Program-made: the position numbers and the translations under genes | The notes under the pieces: model-generated | What the model saw: only the letters and a program-made list of their open reading frames with translations | Told to the model about the DNA's origin: nothing | Database searches by the model: none | Shown: in pieces, positions 12,424-25,221 of the stretch | Position numbering within the stretch: position 1 is the stretch's first letter | Layout of the letters: each line of letters opens with the position of its first letter | From: Takakia lepidozioides | Lineage: Eukaryota > Plantae > Bryophyta | Length of the DNA: 64,000 bases | Direction of reading: 5' to 3' | Assembly: GCA_030704615.1 (NCBI GenBank) | Contig: CM060734.1 | Span: 24,056,001-24,120,000, forward strand

Positions 12424-13420
12424 CTAATTGTAGAGGTCGGCATCGCCCTCAAAGGCGAACAGATATCTTCATGCTGCCTTGCAGGCATGGAATGAGCCCC
12501 TGCATGCAAAAACGATCAATGAGCAAAGAGCAAGGCGTACCTGCAATCCAAAAAGAATAGCAAATGAAGGCCGAACATTGCGAGACTGTCAGTGCAAAAC
12601 CACGAACCTGTTCCAAGAGTGAGATCAACAACCCGGGACCCTTGAACGTTGCAGGACTCAATGACAATCTGCATGAAGGCCGGACTCTTCTCCCCTGCAC
12701 CTCTCCATGACTCTCCGGACGCCCGCAGCACTATAAGTGATGCATCCACGTAGTTGTAGATGAAATCATCATCCACCGGATCGCAAGAGGAGTCAACATG
12801 TGCCCCCCCATTCAGGATTTCGAACTCCTTCACGGAAGACGGTGTGGATGGGTGGTGTTCTCTTACAAGACAGTGCGCGTCGAAAGCACGAGTCTGCACA
12901 ATTAAAACAGAGAAGACGCTGGAAGGCACCGAAGCCAAGGCCGGGGAAAGACTAACGGGAACACTTGCACCATGCTTGCATCAACGCAAGGATGGTACGG
13001 GAGAAGAATAGGAAAAAACGAAAAACAGACGAGTCAAAATCGTAGCGACATTTCTGGAGGGTTGAAAGCAAATGATGAAATGAGAATCTACCTTCTGGCT
13101 TGGGAAGTCCCCCTTTGTGGCCAGCTGTTAACCCCATTCCAACTTTTAATCACCTTCATTCCACCCGACTTGAGGAAACTGGCAAGCTGGCGCCGACACT
13201 TCGAATTGGCTGCTTGGAGGATGAGCAGACAGCCATTGTCAGCCAAGAAGTGAACACAAAATTTGAAGACCCACGGCCAGTAGCGGTCGTCCCATGCATT
13301 CCAGGCGGGAGTCACACCCATCGGAGGAACGTCGGGGACTGGAAGCCCGTCGGGAATATCCACAACTACGAGCTCGCATGCAAAGGGTTTCTTCTCCCCG
13401 TTCACCCACACTGCCCACTG
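12424..13420 (-). pseudogene. beta-class amino (N4C/N6A) DNA methyltransferase-like gene, intron-containing, degenerate
   Basis: Motif order: IV-like ELVVVDIPDG...FLADNGCLLI, then X/I EKSPAFMQIVIESCNVQGSRVVDLTLGTG, then II SFHACKAA*RYLFAFEGDADLY (12424-12495). Confidence 0.65.
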
Positions 13421-13474
13421 TGCTGCATGAATACACAAGCATGAATACGTGGTGGAAATATTACATAAAATTAC

Positions 13475-13975
13475 ACTCTTGGTCAGGCTTGCGTTAACGC
13501 AAGCCTGAACCTTGGTCTGAAACCAGTCCCCTTTCCTACACTCTTTCCCCAATCCAAGGAAAAGACAAACCCTAGGTCTCACATCCCAGGACTCCCAGGA
13601 CTCCAGAAAGATTACATAAAATTACACTCTTGGTCAGGCTTGCGTTAACGCAAGCCTAAACCCTGGTCTGAACTAGTCCCTTTCCGAAATACAAAAATAC
13701 CAAAAATAATAATAAATAATAATAAAGAAAAAATAAACACTCTTGGTCAGGCTTGCGTTAACGCAAGCCTGAACCCTGGTCTGAAGCCAGTCCCCTTTCC
13801 AAAAAAAAAAAAAACAAAAACTGAACCCTGGTCTGAAACTAGTCTCCTTTCCTACACTCTGTGCACTTGGGCAAATCCAAGAAAGCCACAATGTGTGCAC
13901 AGAAACGTCTGTGATACCAGGATACGTAGCCACATCAAAATACTGTAATCAGGCTTGCGTTAACGCAAGCCTAAA
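13475..13975. repeat. four copies of the palindrome AGGCTTGCGTTAACGCAAGCCT within longer direct repeats
   Basis: Copies start at 13485, 13636, 13749 and 13951. Confidence 0.9.
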
Positions 13976-14930
13976 CATAGAGTGCAATCGGGTCTAAAAG
14001 GAAGCAAATGGGAATGCAGTTCCATTCTAACATGTAAATGGCTCGCTTCATTGCCTGCTCCCCATTGTATTGCGCATTGAACAGATTAGAGCGCAGAATT
14101 CCCCCCTCTACTGTGAATTCACGGAAGAAGACATACTTCCAAACAATCTCTTTCCACCTCCGAATGGAAGTGTCGAAAGATTCATCGGGCTCAGCCACCT
14201 CGAATTTGAAGTCATGAAGAGTTTGCTCGATAATTTCCAAACCCCTCTCCTCCAGCTGCCAAGACACAAGCTTGTGTTATGATGTGTTTACAAACAATTG
14301 TAATTTCAATGCAAGTTATTGCGAGGACAAAGGCAGGATGACTTCTGCACCAGAAAGTCGCTTTATGGAGCCACTTGTCCCAGTCGACATCGCTGAAAGG
14401 CCCCATGAAATTAAAGTTGTTTGCCTGACGGAGGACAGGGTCAGAGTTCCATATCTTAAGCCATCGCACCTTGTGCATTGGTTCCACCATAGCCATTGCA
14501 AGCCTATGCAACTTCTCCTATGTCATTTCTGGCTTGGCCACTCATGATGGAGCCGCACCTGGTCCAGAAATCCTGCACTGAGACTAGGATCAGCTATGCG
14601 AAGCTGTTTGGTGAACGTTGTAACAATGTTTTTGCGGCATAGGTCCATTGCTTCGTCGATGGCCTGCTCAATTCCACGATAGGGACAACTTCTTGGATCC
14701 CAAGGATCAAAATTGAAATGTTCCGCTATTAGGGCAGCCTCGTTTGTCAAGTGCACCTCTATGATTTGTAGAGCCCCTGGCGGAACTCCTGCCCCGACTT
14801 TCACAGGATTGTTCAAGCATTAATATAGTGCGCGAGAGGCCAGGCCTCACAAGTTCTGGTTCTGTCCTGATGTCATGAAGCGTTGCGTGATAGGGACTGT
14901 TCGTGAGTCGGTGATAAGCAAACCTCAAAT
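13971..14930 (-). pseudogene. unknown coding remnant in the MULE, upstream of and co-oriented with the methyltransferase-like part
   Basis: Three adjacent protein-like ORFs (14523-14816, 14212-14511, 13971-14267) broken by stops and frameshifts. Confidence 0.45.
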
Positions 14931-15869
14931 TCTAGTCATGTGGCCAGTGTGGTCACACTTCATTCAGCATCATTCATGTTGTTTCACAATCAATCTTATT
15001 ACAGTCATCCATGGTTCATTCATCCCTCATTTTTCATCCAACATTCATCCTACATTCATCCATTCCAATTTGCCATTCATCCATAAGATTTTCGTCGCAC
15101 ATTCCTCTCAAATTTTCATGCATGGAACTCACCGTCTTAGGTCCTAGGCATGGTACGTTACCCTCCATTCCACTCAACATTGCCTCCACGATAATAGGCC
15201 CTGGTTTTTCCACGGTTATAGGCTCCGCTTCCCTTGTGTGCTCACACTTAAGAAACTGCTCACGCTTAGTGCACTAAGCGCTCACGCGCTAGCTTCCCTC
15301 CTTTGCCCATGGGCACATAACCAGACAGTGTTCCAGTGTTTCTTGAGTTCCTGGGCACATGTCACAATCCATACTGTCAGATTTCATAAACACTTTGATT
15401 GGTAGGATGTGATGAGCAATTTTCCAGAGGAATGCTGAAATCTTAGAAGCACGGTCCTTGCGCCAGATTTCCTTCCATATCTGAGCCCACTTGACCTGCC
15501 CAGTAAGTAGCGAACCCCATTTTTTCTCCCACTTAGTGGAGAAGGATTGAGCAGGAGAGAGAAGGGAGTAGCCCAGCTTTACCGCGTAGGCGAAGAAAGG
15601 AGAGTGAGCTCTGTCCATCCATGACCACTCACCAGGGTCAAATTGCAATCCTGCAAGAGGTAGAGATAAGAACCAATTGAAGCGGGAGTGCAGGCCCAGT
15701 GCATTTCTTGTCCAGTTTGTTGTCATGGGGGAATTCTCTTTGGGCTGCATCTGTTTTCCGCATTTAGGCAAGGACTAAACAGATATTTGTTGCTGGATGA
15801 TATTTTTATTGATGTGAAAGGGCATATCATATTGATTGGAGATTTATTTTAATATTCACTTAACAAACA

Positions 15870-18530
15870 GGGAACAGTGGCCCTGGAAATTTTATTGATA
15901 AAGGCATATGGAAACAGAAGGAGGAAAAAATAACCTCCCGGGGGCCATAAAGCTCAACGCACGGGGAACACCCAGTAACCAAGAGACGGGGAGAAAAAGA
16001 GGGAGGGTAAAACTAACCCTGTAGGGCCAGAGCGGGGGTGAGAGGGGGCGCCAGAAGAGAACTAAACAAAAGCAACTACTGCCCGCCAAAGTCGAGTTGT
16101 CCCTTGGCCTTGGAGATGTGCAGTTTTTGGTGGCGCCAGTTGATTTCAGGAGCATCTGCATCACCTGGTGATTTCGCATTGATCGGGGAGCCCATCGCGC
16201 CTTTCGCTACACCTGGAAAACGCTGTTTGCAAAGAGATCCAAGCCTTAGGCCCCTCAGTCATCAGGTCAGAAAAAATCTTATGCAAATTGATCTGATGTT
16301 GGGGCGCCTACCCGCAAAAACCATAGTACATCTAGCTTTCCAAAGGGACTACAGGGTGTGAGCCCGGAGGCAAGCCCAAATTGGACATAGAGACCATATC
16401 GAGCCGTTATGCATATTGAGCAGCAGAAGTAAGTCAGAGAGAGAGGGAAGAGATTTCCAACTAGCATAGAAGGAGGAGACAAGCTGCCAGACCCTTATGG
16501 CCAGGGGGCAGTGTACAAAGCAATGTTCAATGGACTCAATACTATTTTGATTACAGAGCAGGCATGAGTGGTTGCCATCCTTGAAAAAGGCAGCAACTAG
16601 AAGAATCTTGTTGACCAATTTCCAGAGAAAAGCATTGATTTTTGCTGGGCGTTGCTTCCGCCAGATATCAGTCCAAGAGAGAGAAGACTCCGACCGAAGC
16701 CGGCGTAACTAAGAGCCACTTCACTTTGCGGCGATATCAGTCCAAATCTTCCCCAAAGATACGGCCAGGGGCCTAGTCCCATTTTCTATCCCACTTAGCA
16801 GTGAAATTGGCCATGCCGAGCTGTAAACGGTATCCAAGTCTGACTGTGTAGCCCAGGAAGGGAGTGCGAGCAGCGTCCAATATACAAGACCACTCCCCCG
16901 GGTCAAATTGCGAACCTGAGAGCGGAAGCTCCAGAAACCAGGTGAGGGAAGCACTACGCGCCCATTCAAGCTCCAAGCCCGGCAATGGTAAAGAGTTAGG
17001 CATGCCTGTTATGGAGTCTAACACACGAATCCGAAAAATACAATCAGGTGGGTAGTTTCCAAGTTCTTTGGAAGAAAGCCTATCGCCAGTGTAAAAATGG
17101 AAAATTAGCCCAGACCAGAGCGGACCGTTAAAGGAGATTGCTAGAAAGGCAAGTTTCCAATTCTTGACCCTGAACCAGCAGGGAGGTCCATGTCCGAGCT
17201 GACACCAGCGGACAGTAGGGGCAGCAAAAAGGAGACACCTTGCTTGATATGATCCCAACCATGCCGGATGGAGAGTGGAATGAGCGTGGAAAGAAGGGGC
17301 AGATCAAGGAAACCTCCACTCTGAACGTTAGCTACATGTGTGAAGCCATTTGCCTCCCAAGTGGCCCATTTCCTATGAAAGGAAGCAAGAATTTCGGAGT
17401 CAAGGTTGAGATTACCAAATAATGGTGTTCTGATAGCCTCTTCGAAGCAGGAAGCTCCGCGTTGAGTCAGCTGCGGCTGCATAGCCAGCCAAGCAGTCCA
17501 AATGGCCTTCCAAGCAGGTGAACCATGGCATTTAGATTTTGCATTACCGTGTACAAGCCATTTGAGCGAGGGGGGCCTACGAATGGGAATTAAGCAGGGA
17601 GGAAAAAATCAAGTGCGATATGACGAGCTTGCACCAAGGGCTGCTGCCGTGGGAAAAAGAGCGGAGAATCCATTTAGCTAGGAGTGACTTGATTTGAGCT
17701 TCGGGGTCCAGGATCCCAAGCCCCCCATCCTTTTTTGGGCGACAAAGCTGAGCCCAGGAGATGAGCGCTCTGCGAGACGGAGGAGTGGGAGAGCCCCCCC
17801 AAAGGACGTTCCTCATGAGCATTTTGATTTTTGCCACAAGCTTTGAGCCAGGAGACCAAACCGAAGCCAGGAACCACATAGAGGCGAGCAATACTTGATT
17901 GAGAACCAGGGCTTTTCCAGCAATAGATAACATTGCCGAGCTCCAAAAGGCAAGCTTATTTCGAAGCCTAAGCAGAATTGGTTCAAAGCGCTGTTCATCA
18001 GTGAGCCCATTGCCAACTTGGAAACCCAACAGGGTGTGCACAGTACCATATGAGAGCCATTTTAAACCAGTATCCTGGCCCCAAGCAGGAATATGTTGCA
18101 TGGAGGAATTTCCAGAGGTCTCGGAGAGGAATCTGATGGACTTGCTCCAATTGACTTTCAGACCTGAGGGTAGGCAAAAGAGCTGAAGCGCTTGGCGGGC
18201 TCTACATATACTCGGGAGGTCCTCATTGTCAAGCAGCATCGAAGTATCATCAGCATACATGGACAATTTGATAGAGGGGCCAGAGTCGATACGGACGCCG
18301 ATAATATCATGTCTGCTGTTGAGATAGTGACTTAGAGCATCAGCAGCAATGAGAAAGAGGAAGGGGGCAAGTGGGCATCCCTGTCTGACTGACCTGTGCA
18401 GAGAGAAAGCTTTTGAGATTACACCATTGATGACCACCTTGCTCGAAGCCGAGCTGAGCAAAATGTTCACCTAGTGAAACGATGTGGCACTCCAATTTTC
18501 ACCAAAATCTTTTGGAGGAAAACCCAGTCA
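15870..18530 (-). mobile_element. L1-like LINE, 5'-truncated (RT and zf-RVT), degenerate
   Basis: VRQGCPLAPFLF, MYADD, GLKVNWSKS, LCRPKKDGGLG in 17577-18470; CLLC...ESIEHCFVHC in 16349-16618. Confidence 0.9.
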
Positions 18531-19295
18531 ATGTTAGTTCTAAGAGGGTAGTTTCCTTCCAGTGGCGTCATCATTTTTTCTGTTTTTTTAAAGAGAATGT
18601 TTGGTGAAACCATTTTTAAAAAATAATTAAATTAGTTTTTTTTTAGTTTTTAGTTTTTTTTTTCCATAACTTTTAGATATGAGTTACCCTGTTAAAAAAA
18701 AATGCATGGCCTCTTTTTAAGAAAATAAAATAAATGACGAAGCCACGAATTCATGAATAACCTTGTGGTGTACATGAAAGGGGGTGACAATGGCATACAG
18801 CCAGGCAAGCTAAAACAAGTCACAAGTAAATACCAAAGTTAGCAAGCCTACAAGATGTAGACTGGATCTAATTGGGTGTAACCAAGATAAAAGAATTAAA
18901 CCAACTAACAAGGATCAACACTCCACCTCCACTCGACGGATTAGCTACCTAACCAAAAATGAAGAAGGAAGAAGGAGACTAATCAAGGCTCAAATAGTCA
19001 CGTGAAAGCAGCCATATTAATTGAAGGCACAAGAAAAGTAGAAAACTCAAAAAATCAATATTTTTGCGCCCTTGGTCACTCCACTAGATAAGCCAGGTAC
19101 TAGAGGATTCTCCAGTTTGTTGGTGGACTGGCCACAAGTGTCTACCTGTTCTTGTGCAAATGATGTCCCTCCATTTCCATGAGGCATTGAACTCTTTAGT
19201 TAGTTCGGTTGGCCCTTTCTCTTTTCAACCCCAGAGATCTCCCAAAAGATCTCTTCAAACTACTAACACTTGCCTCACTCACCTTGCAAGAACTT

Positions 19296-21935
19296 TGTCA
19301 AGTGATTTTTATTTTAGTGTGAAACTAACTAGAATATATATCTATTTATTTGAATTTAACACTTGGAATTAGTTCAAGTGCTAAATCAGGTATCAAGATC
19401 TAAACTTGACACTTGAAATATCTTATCCTCACGCTGGTCAGTCGTGCGGCTCATCTCTCTCGAGTGAGCCTGCACAACCAAGAGCTCTGTCTGTGCATGT
19501 GAGTGTGTGAGGATATGAGTACACTTATGAGAGAGTAGATTGTTGTGAAGGGGTGGATTCTCCATAGTTTGGGGTGCCCTAGGCTCGACCCTTTCTGAGT
19601 GATGTATCATCTTCATAGATTTTGAGTCTGGATCACTGGAGAGAGATTATCTCTTACCTGTGAATGGTAGGAGTTGAGAGTTAGCACTTGTATGATTACT
19701 TGTGTTCTTAGTTTAAAAAGTTATAAAAAATAAAATAAAAATAAAAAACATGGTTTTGATTATCGCAGTCTGGTTCCGCTTTCGCTTTGTCTTGCCCGAC
19801 CCCATGGTGAGGCCGATCTCAAGGATGATCGCGTATTGAACTCTAAGCTCTGATACCAAGTAGACAGTGTGTGCTTAGAATGGTGGGGCGTGGAAAGCTC
19901 CTGGTAGTTGGTCATGTTGAGATGAGACAGCGGTTCATGTTCATTATATACACGTACAGCTCGCTTTTGGAGTTTGCAAGGTACCCAGGAAGGTTGGGTT
20001 ACGTTGAGTTTAAAACCTTTCAAACTATTGGCATCAGCGAGTGGTGTGTACAAGGCCTGCACGACACGCAGGGTAATGGACGGGTAAGCAAGAGGCTGGA
20101 TGGAGGTTTGCATGCATCTTCCTATCTCTCTTATTCGGAGTCTTCTCACTCTCAGGCTGTCAAAACCCAAAGATCTCTCTTTTGCAGCTCAGCATCTCTG
20201 AGAGGTGCAAGGGCCTCTACAATATTGTCACTGAGGTTCCTCAACACGTTCTCCTATATTAGAGTATCATCTCGTGGGCAGTCAAGGTACCATCCATAGT
20301 CCTTGAAATGGGATCTTGACCAGTCTTTCAGAATCATTGTAGTGTACATGGTCTTGTCCGCGGATGGGTCTATGCAGGAAGTTAATTAGTCAATGTGCAG
20401 CTAGCCAACAAGCTATAACAAAGTTTTAAATTTGTTGCGAAGGTTGGGCGGCTGTGGCTGGGCATGTCACACAAGAGCGTGCAATGGCTTGCAACTGTGG
20501 GAATTGAAACGTGGTGGGCGGCCTAGTAGCCTGGATAAAGTGGCTAGTGAAGCGGTTGTAGATAGCCAAGTAGCAGAGGGAGTAAGATCAGGTTTTGAGT
20601 GGCAGTGGCAGGGACAAACTCAGGGCCAATACGCCAATATGCCAATATGTTGGAGACCCTATAGATACATCGACGTGGACAGGCTCTTGATTCAAATGAG
20701 GACTCAGGATTTGTGAGAGGCTGGATTGGTGGAGCTGTCAGGAAGAGAGTATGCTTTAGCCACATTAATGTCTGCCAAGAATAATGTCTATGGCAATTGG
20801 ACGGAGAGACATATGTGCGGGGATTACCGGCCTGTAAACTGTTATACTGAGTCAGATAGATATGTCATGCCAATGCCGGATGAATCTTTGATGTCATTGG
20901 GCATGCCAAGGTCTTTAACACTTTAGCTGATTTGCGATCCGGATATCACCAGTTGCGCCCACTTCTTAAAGGAGGCAGTAGCCGTAAGGCGAAGTGGCTC
21001 CTAGTTATGTCGGCTTCGGCCGGAGTCTTTTCTCTATACTAGTGGCGATTCTTACCATTTGGGTTGAAGAACAATCCTGTAGCGTTCCAGGGTCATGGAC
21101 ATGATTCTGGCAAGGGTGGACTTTGTTTGGTACTACATAGATGACATCATCATCTTTAGTGCTACAGTGGAAGAGCATGAGAGATACATTTAGGAAGTAT
21201 TCCAGCGCTTGAGAGTGCATGGGCTGAAGCTACATCCAGGAAAATGTAAGTTTTTCCACAACTAGATTGAATAGATCTGGATCAACAAAAATAATATATA
21301 TAATATTTGACGCCTCCCGAAGGAAGCGTAAATTATGGTGTCTCTTCACCTCGAAGGGTTGCTGCTTTCCGCTAGGAAGGAGGACACGATCTGGATTATA
21401 TGATGTACCTTGGAGGGATTGGAGGTACAACAGACCAAGGTCGAGGCCATTGCACAAATTCCATGCCCTATAGACATGAACCAAGTGCAAGCTTTCATGG
21501 GGTTGACAAACTACTACCGACGGTTTGTCAAGGGATTTAGTGCTATTGCAAAGGTCCTAATCAAGTTGACCAAGGTGGACCAAGAGTGACAGTGAAAAGA
21601 TGAGCATGAGCAAGCTTTTCAAGAGCTCAAGGCCATGTTGACTTTGGCGCCCATCTTAAGACGACCCATCATAGGGCATCTCTTTCAGCTTTATACGGAT
21701 TGAAGCATGTTGGGGCTTCGAGCGGTGCTCACACAGGTGGATGATGAGGGAAGAGAGTTCATAGTGGCTTATGTCAGTCACTGGAACAACACTGCAGAGG
21801 CAAAGTACAGCTCTTACGAGGGAGAGTATTTAGCTGCAGTGTGGGCTGTGGCACACTTCAGGTGCTACTTATATGGAAACCTCTTCATCCTTGTCACGGA
21901 TCACCAGCCACTCAAGTGGTTGATGGAGTCATACA
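19296..21935 (+). mobile_element. old, internally deleted relative of the methyltransferase-PHD Gypsy (repeat A, gag remnant, RT/RNase H remnant)
   Basis: Begins TGTCAAGT and aligns by eye with repeat A (33215-33566). 20650-21935 matches 40150-41290. It continues inverted at 32170-33022. Confidence 0.85.
19847..20420 (-). mobile_element. possible LTR plus tRNA-Met PBS fragment of another element
   Basis: GCTCTGATACCA at about 19847-19858 (rc is a Met PBS); the limits are uncertain. Confidence 0.4.
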
Positions 21936-24010
21936 CCTGGTTATTAGCATCACATCCGTCCGTTAGCGTCAGGTCACGTCTGACCTGACACTGACGGGAC
22001 CTCCGTCACGTCAAGTTCGGGGAATATTCTGGTAAAAATAGTACCAAGTAAAATACTGCCACTTAAGCAGCCCCGTCGCCGACACAGTGGCGGTGACAAA
22101 TACATTTTGAAAATTAACAAAATGAACGCAACCGCCAATTATGGCGATCGCTTTGTTTTTCGAAATTAAAAAAGAAATAGCGACCGCCGTATTGGCGGTC
22201 GCTTCAATTTTTATTTTTTTAAAACAAGATTGGCGGTCGCACTGGCGGTCCCTTTATTTTTACGAAATAAAAAAAGAAAGAGCGACCGTCATATTGGCGG
22301 TCGCTTCAATTTATTTTTAAACAAAAGCAAGATTGGCGGTCGCATTGGCGGTCGCCTAATTTAAAAAAGAAACCAAGCGACTGCCGTATTGGCGGTCGCA
22401 CAATTTTGCAAATATATATAGAACAAGTGACCGCCATATGGCGGTCGGTAAATTTGAAATTATATATAAAAAAACAAGCGACATATGAAAATAAAAGCGA
22501 CCGCCACACCGGTGGTTGCTTATTTTAAAATAATACAATATTTGCGACCGCCAAACCGGCGGTCGTTTTAATTGAATAATATATAAAATAAAAGCGATCG
22601 CCAGCCTGGAGGTTGCGTAAACTTGAAAATATAAAGATTAAAAGCGACCGCCTTACTGGTGGTCGCGTTTTTTTTAAATATTAAGAATAAAAGCGACCAC
22701 CATATCGGCGGTCGCTTTGTTTTAAATATATAAACAAATGAAGCGACCGCCATACCGATAGTCGCAATATATTTTGAAATAAAAAACAATAGCGCCCGTA
22801 TCGGCGGTCGCTTAAATTTATAATATACAAAATAGAAGTGACCGCAATATTGCACAAAATGAAAGGAAATAAAAGCGACCGCAATAGTGGCGGTCGCCTG
22901 TTTTTTATTATAAAAAAAAATAACGACCGCAGTATTAGCGGTCGCTTAATTTCAAAATTATAACAAATATGGTTGTACTGTCTTTTTCGGGTGGGCGCTA
23001 TTGGTTCGTCATTTATTCATTTCACTTTTATTTCACTTTCATCCTTCCTGGATCATATATAAAGGAGCAGGGTCACGAAGCTCCTCACTTCTTTTGGCGC
23101 AAACACTTGAGGTTGCTTTAGATGTTCTCTTTCATTGAACGAGAGTGTAGTCAAAGAGGAGGGTGCGCACCTTTTGCCGTTGTGGCTTTCACCAAAGCCA
23201 CTTCAGCAGATTGTGTATAAGCTCAACGCTACAACCCATATCGACCCACTTGGGTTGCTGACAGGTGTAGAAGTGTTGGGCTATCGCATTGCCCTCTACA
23301 TTCACAACACGTTCATTTATAGGTGACTGTTTTTTGTTGCTTACATCGCTAGGGCCCAGGTGGATATTGGGTGAAGACGAGGGAGGAATGGAGCCCTTGG
23401 TATACGGTAATCCCGAACACTGTCAGTGCCACTGGTAGTGTTGAGTGCAACCTATGTGGATTAAAGCTTTCTTATCGTAAGGATCGGTTGCTGGCTCACC
23501 TCGGTTATAGAGGTGTGAAGAACGTTGGGGTGGGTTTATGCCCTAAAGCATCTATGCAGGTAAAAAGCCACTTTGCCCAGTGTGGAGGCAATATTCTAAT
23601 GACCTCTGAGCAGAACACTTCATCTTCCCGTCAGGATGCCCCGATTAGTACCCAAGGCGACTCTTGTGAGCTTCAGGTGTCCTTGGACAAGTGGGTTGTG
23701 TCGGAGCAACACCTGCTTCAACACCTCTTTGTACCCCAACACTTCAACGGAGTAGAGGATTACGGCAACAATCCATGCATGAAGGTTTTAACTTGTCTGC
23801 GAAAAGGCAGTTGGATAAAAAATGGGCCCAGTTTTTCTTCGAAGCCAACATACCATTTAATGTGGCAAGACTTCCAGCATTTGTTTCTGCCATTAGAGCA
23901 ACCTCGGAGTCCAGATCCACGTACGTGCCTCCGACTTATCACAATCTCCGCACAGGATTGCTAGAAGACACCATGACCGAGCTTACCCAAAAGTCCATAG
24001 GTAGTAAATG
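21936..24010 (+). mobile_element. hAT DNA transposon, left arm with 5' part of the transposase (BED finger, DUF659-proximal region)
   Basis: 8-bp TSD GTCATACA (21928-21935; rc at 33015-33022), terminus CCTGGTTAT. Motifs VECNLCG...LLAHLG...CPK and FFFEANIPFNVA...PPTYHNLRTGLL in 23371-24011. Confidence 0.8.
22130..22945. repeat. hAT subterminal array of GCGACCGCC-N4/5-GGCGGTCGC hairpin units with AT-rich spacers
   Basis: About 20 copies visible. Confidence 0.9.
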
Positions 24011-24599
24011 ACAACTGATATTGTCATTTTAAATTGAAATCTAGAGTATTCTCTAAATTGCTCACTTACCTCAAAAGTTCAAAGCAATACACCAAAGGCA
24101 CAATGGCTTATTTTGAGTCCATGTATTTCCATTTGCAACGATAACAGTCCACAATTGTTGTGTTCAAAAGTCCATAGCTCTTGCACATTTTATTTGATTG
24201 ACAATTTGACGGTTGATATAGGTAGATATTGAAGTTAGGAATCCAGCATGTAAATGTTTATCAACATTATTGATTCTATCAAAAGAAATTCATAATATCA
24301 TGCATGACAGTCACTGAAAACTGTGCCGGTAACGCCAATTTTGGTCCACCTTAGCCTGCATCTACCCTTTTGTGAGGCACCTCCCTCGAATCTCTAATTT
24401 TATTTGGAAACCAGTTTTGGATTCTTTTAGCATGGATATTTTTGACGTGGTTTTGTTCTTAGCGCAGGATGTCAAGTAATGTAGGAGGCATGAGCCATTT
24501 ATTGCCTCGGGGGAATTTCTTCCGTAGTCCTCAAAGGGACTTCACCCTTCTTTTTAATGCTGGCCGGGTTGCGAGGGCAACCATTAGGAGGTCTTCCCA

Positions 24600-25221
24600 A
24601 CCTAGTCGAGTACAACAGATTTTAGACTAGGAAAGGGAGAGGAAAATGAAGATGAAGGAGGTGGCAGCGAGTATAAGAGCTCGCAAGATGCGCAAACTTG
24701 TCTTAGATTCTGCAGCAGAAAGTGAGGGAGAAGAGCCAGAAGATTCCTAGGAGGTGAGGTGGACAGTCCTTTAAGGAGAGGCCAATATTTTTTGAGAGGC
24801 ATAGTAGTAGTGATAGATCTCATAGCTCAGGGGATGAGGGGGTCGAAGGTAGGGCAGATTCCTCCAAAGCTGTAGGAGATGAGGATAGTAGTACCCAGTC
24901 CGGCTATGACAGTTAGGACACAGTTGTTGTATGCGGCTTGTCACTAAATTTGCAATAAAGTGTCGCATTTCATTGTTGTCAAGATTCCATTGTGAGGTTA
25001 GCATATAATCTACATTTTGATCCATGAAAAATGACCAGGGAGCAGCTTGAACCCTCCGTGGTACCTTGCACACTGCGCATAAACTTCACATGACCCTATT
25101 TTTAAGGCACTTATCTCTATTTTCGTGGACACCCCTTGGTATCTTGCATCCCCGCTCATGTTTTTTTCCCCGGTCCTTCTTCCCCGCTCATGCTCATACC
25201 GCTCATGAAATAGCAATCCCC
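24600..25221 (-). mobile_element. MULE terminal fragment of the same family as 61111-64000
   Basis: Ends GCTCATGAAATAGCAATCCCC (rc of the family TIR); the interior matches 61200-61500 in reverse. Confidence 0.7.

Larger units (their letters stand above)
11440..15300. mobile_element. Mutator-like (MULE/Pack-MULE) element carrying a methyltransferase-like cargo
   Basis: Exact 9-bp TSD CTTTGCCCA at 11431-11439 and 15301-15309. Imperfect TIRs GGGGAATGCTA.../GAGGGAAGCTA... with GTGAGC subterminal repeats. Inserted in the LINE. Confidence 0.85.
5030..15771 (-). mobile_element. L1-like LINE 3' fragment split by a Gypsy and a MULE insertion (pieces about 5030-5510, 8411-8447 inverted, 11382-11439, 15310-15771)
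   Basis: The 3' end matches the LINE end at about 15870 (cagtggccctggaattttatt). zf-RVT motif CDMC...ETLEHCLVMC lies in 15289-15771. The pieces follow the order seen in the LINE at 15870-16900. Confidence 0.7.

Noticed and set aside
18544-19290. possible additional TIR or LTR fragment
   Set aside because: No matching second terminus or TSD was found.
22130-22945. CRISPR-like spacing of palindromic repeats (also 43830-45640 and 13475-13975)
   Set aside because: Spacers are low-complexity AT tracts, the repeats are degenerate, there are no cas genes, and the context is a eukaryotic transposon arm.
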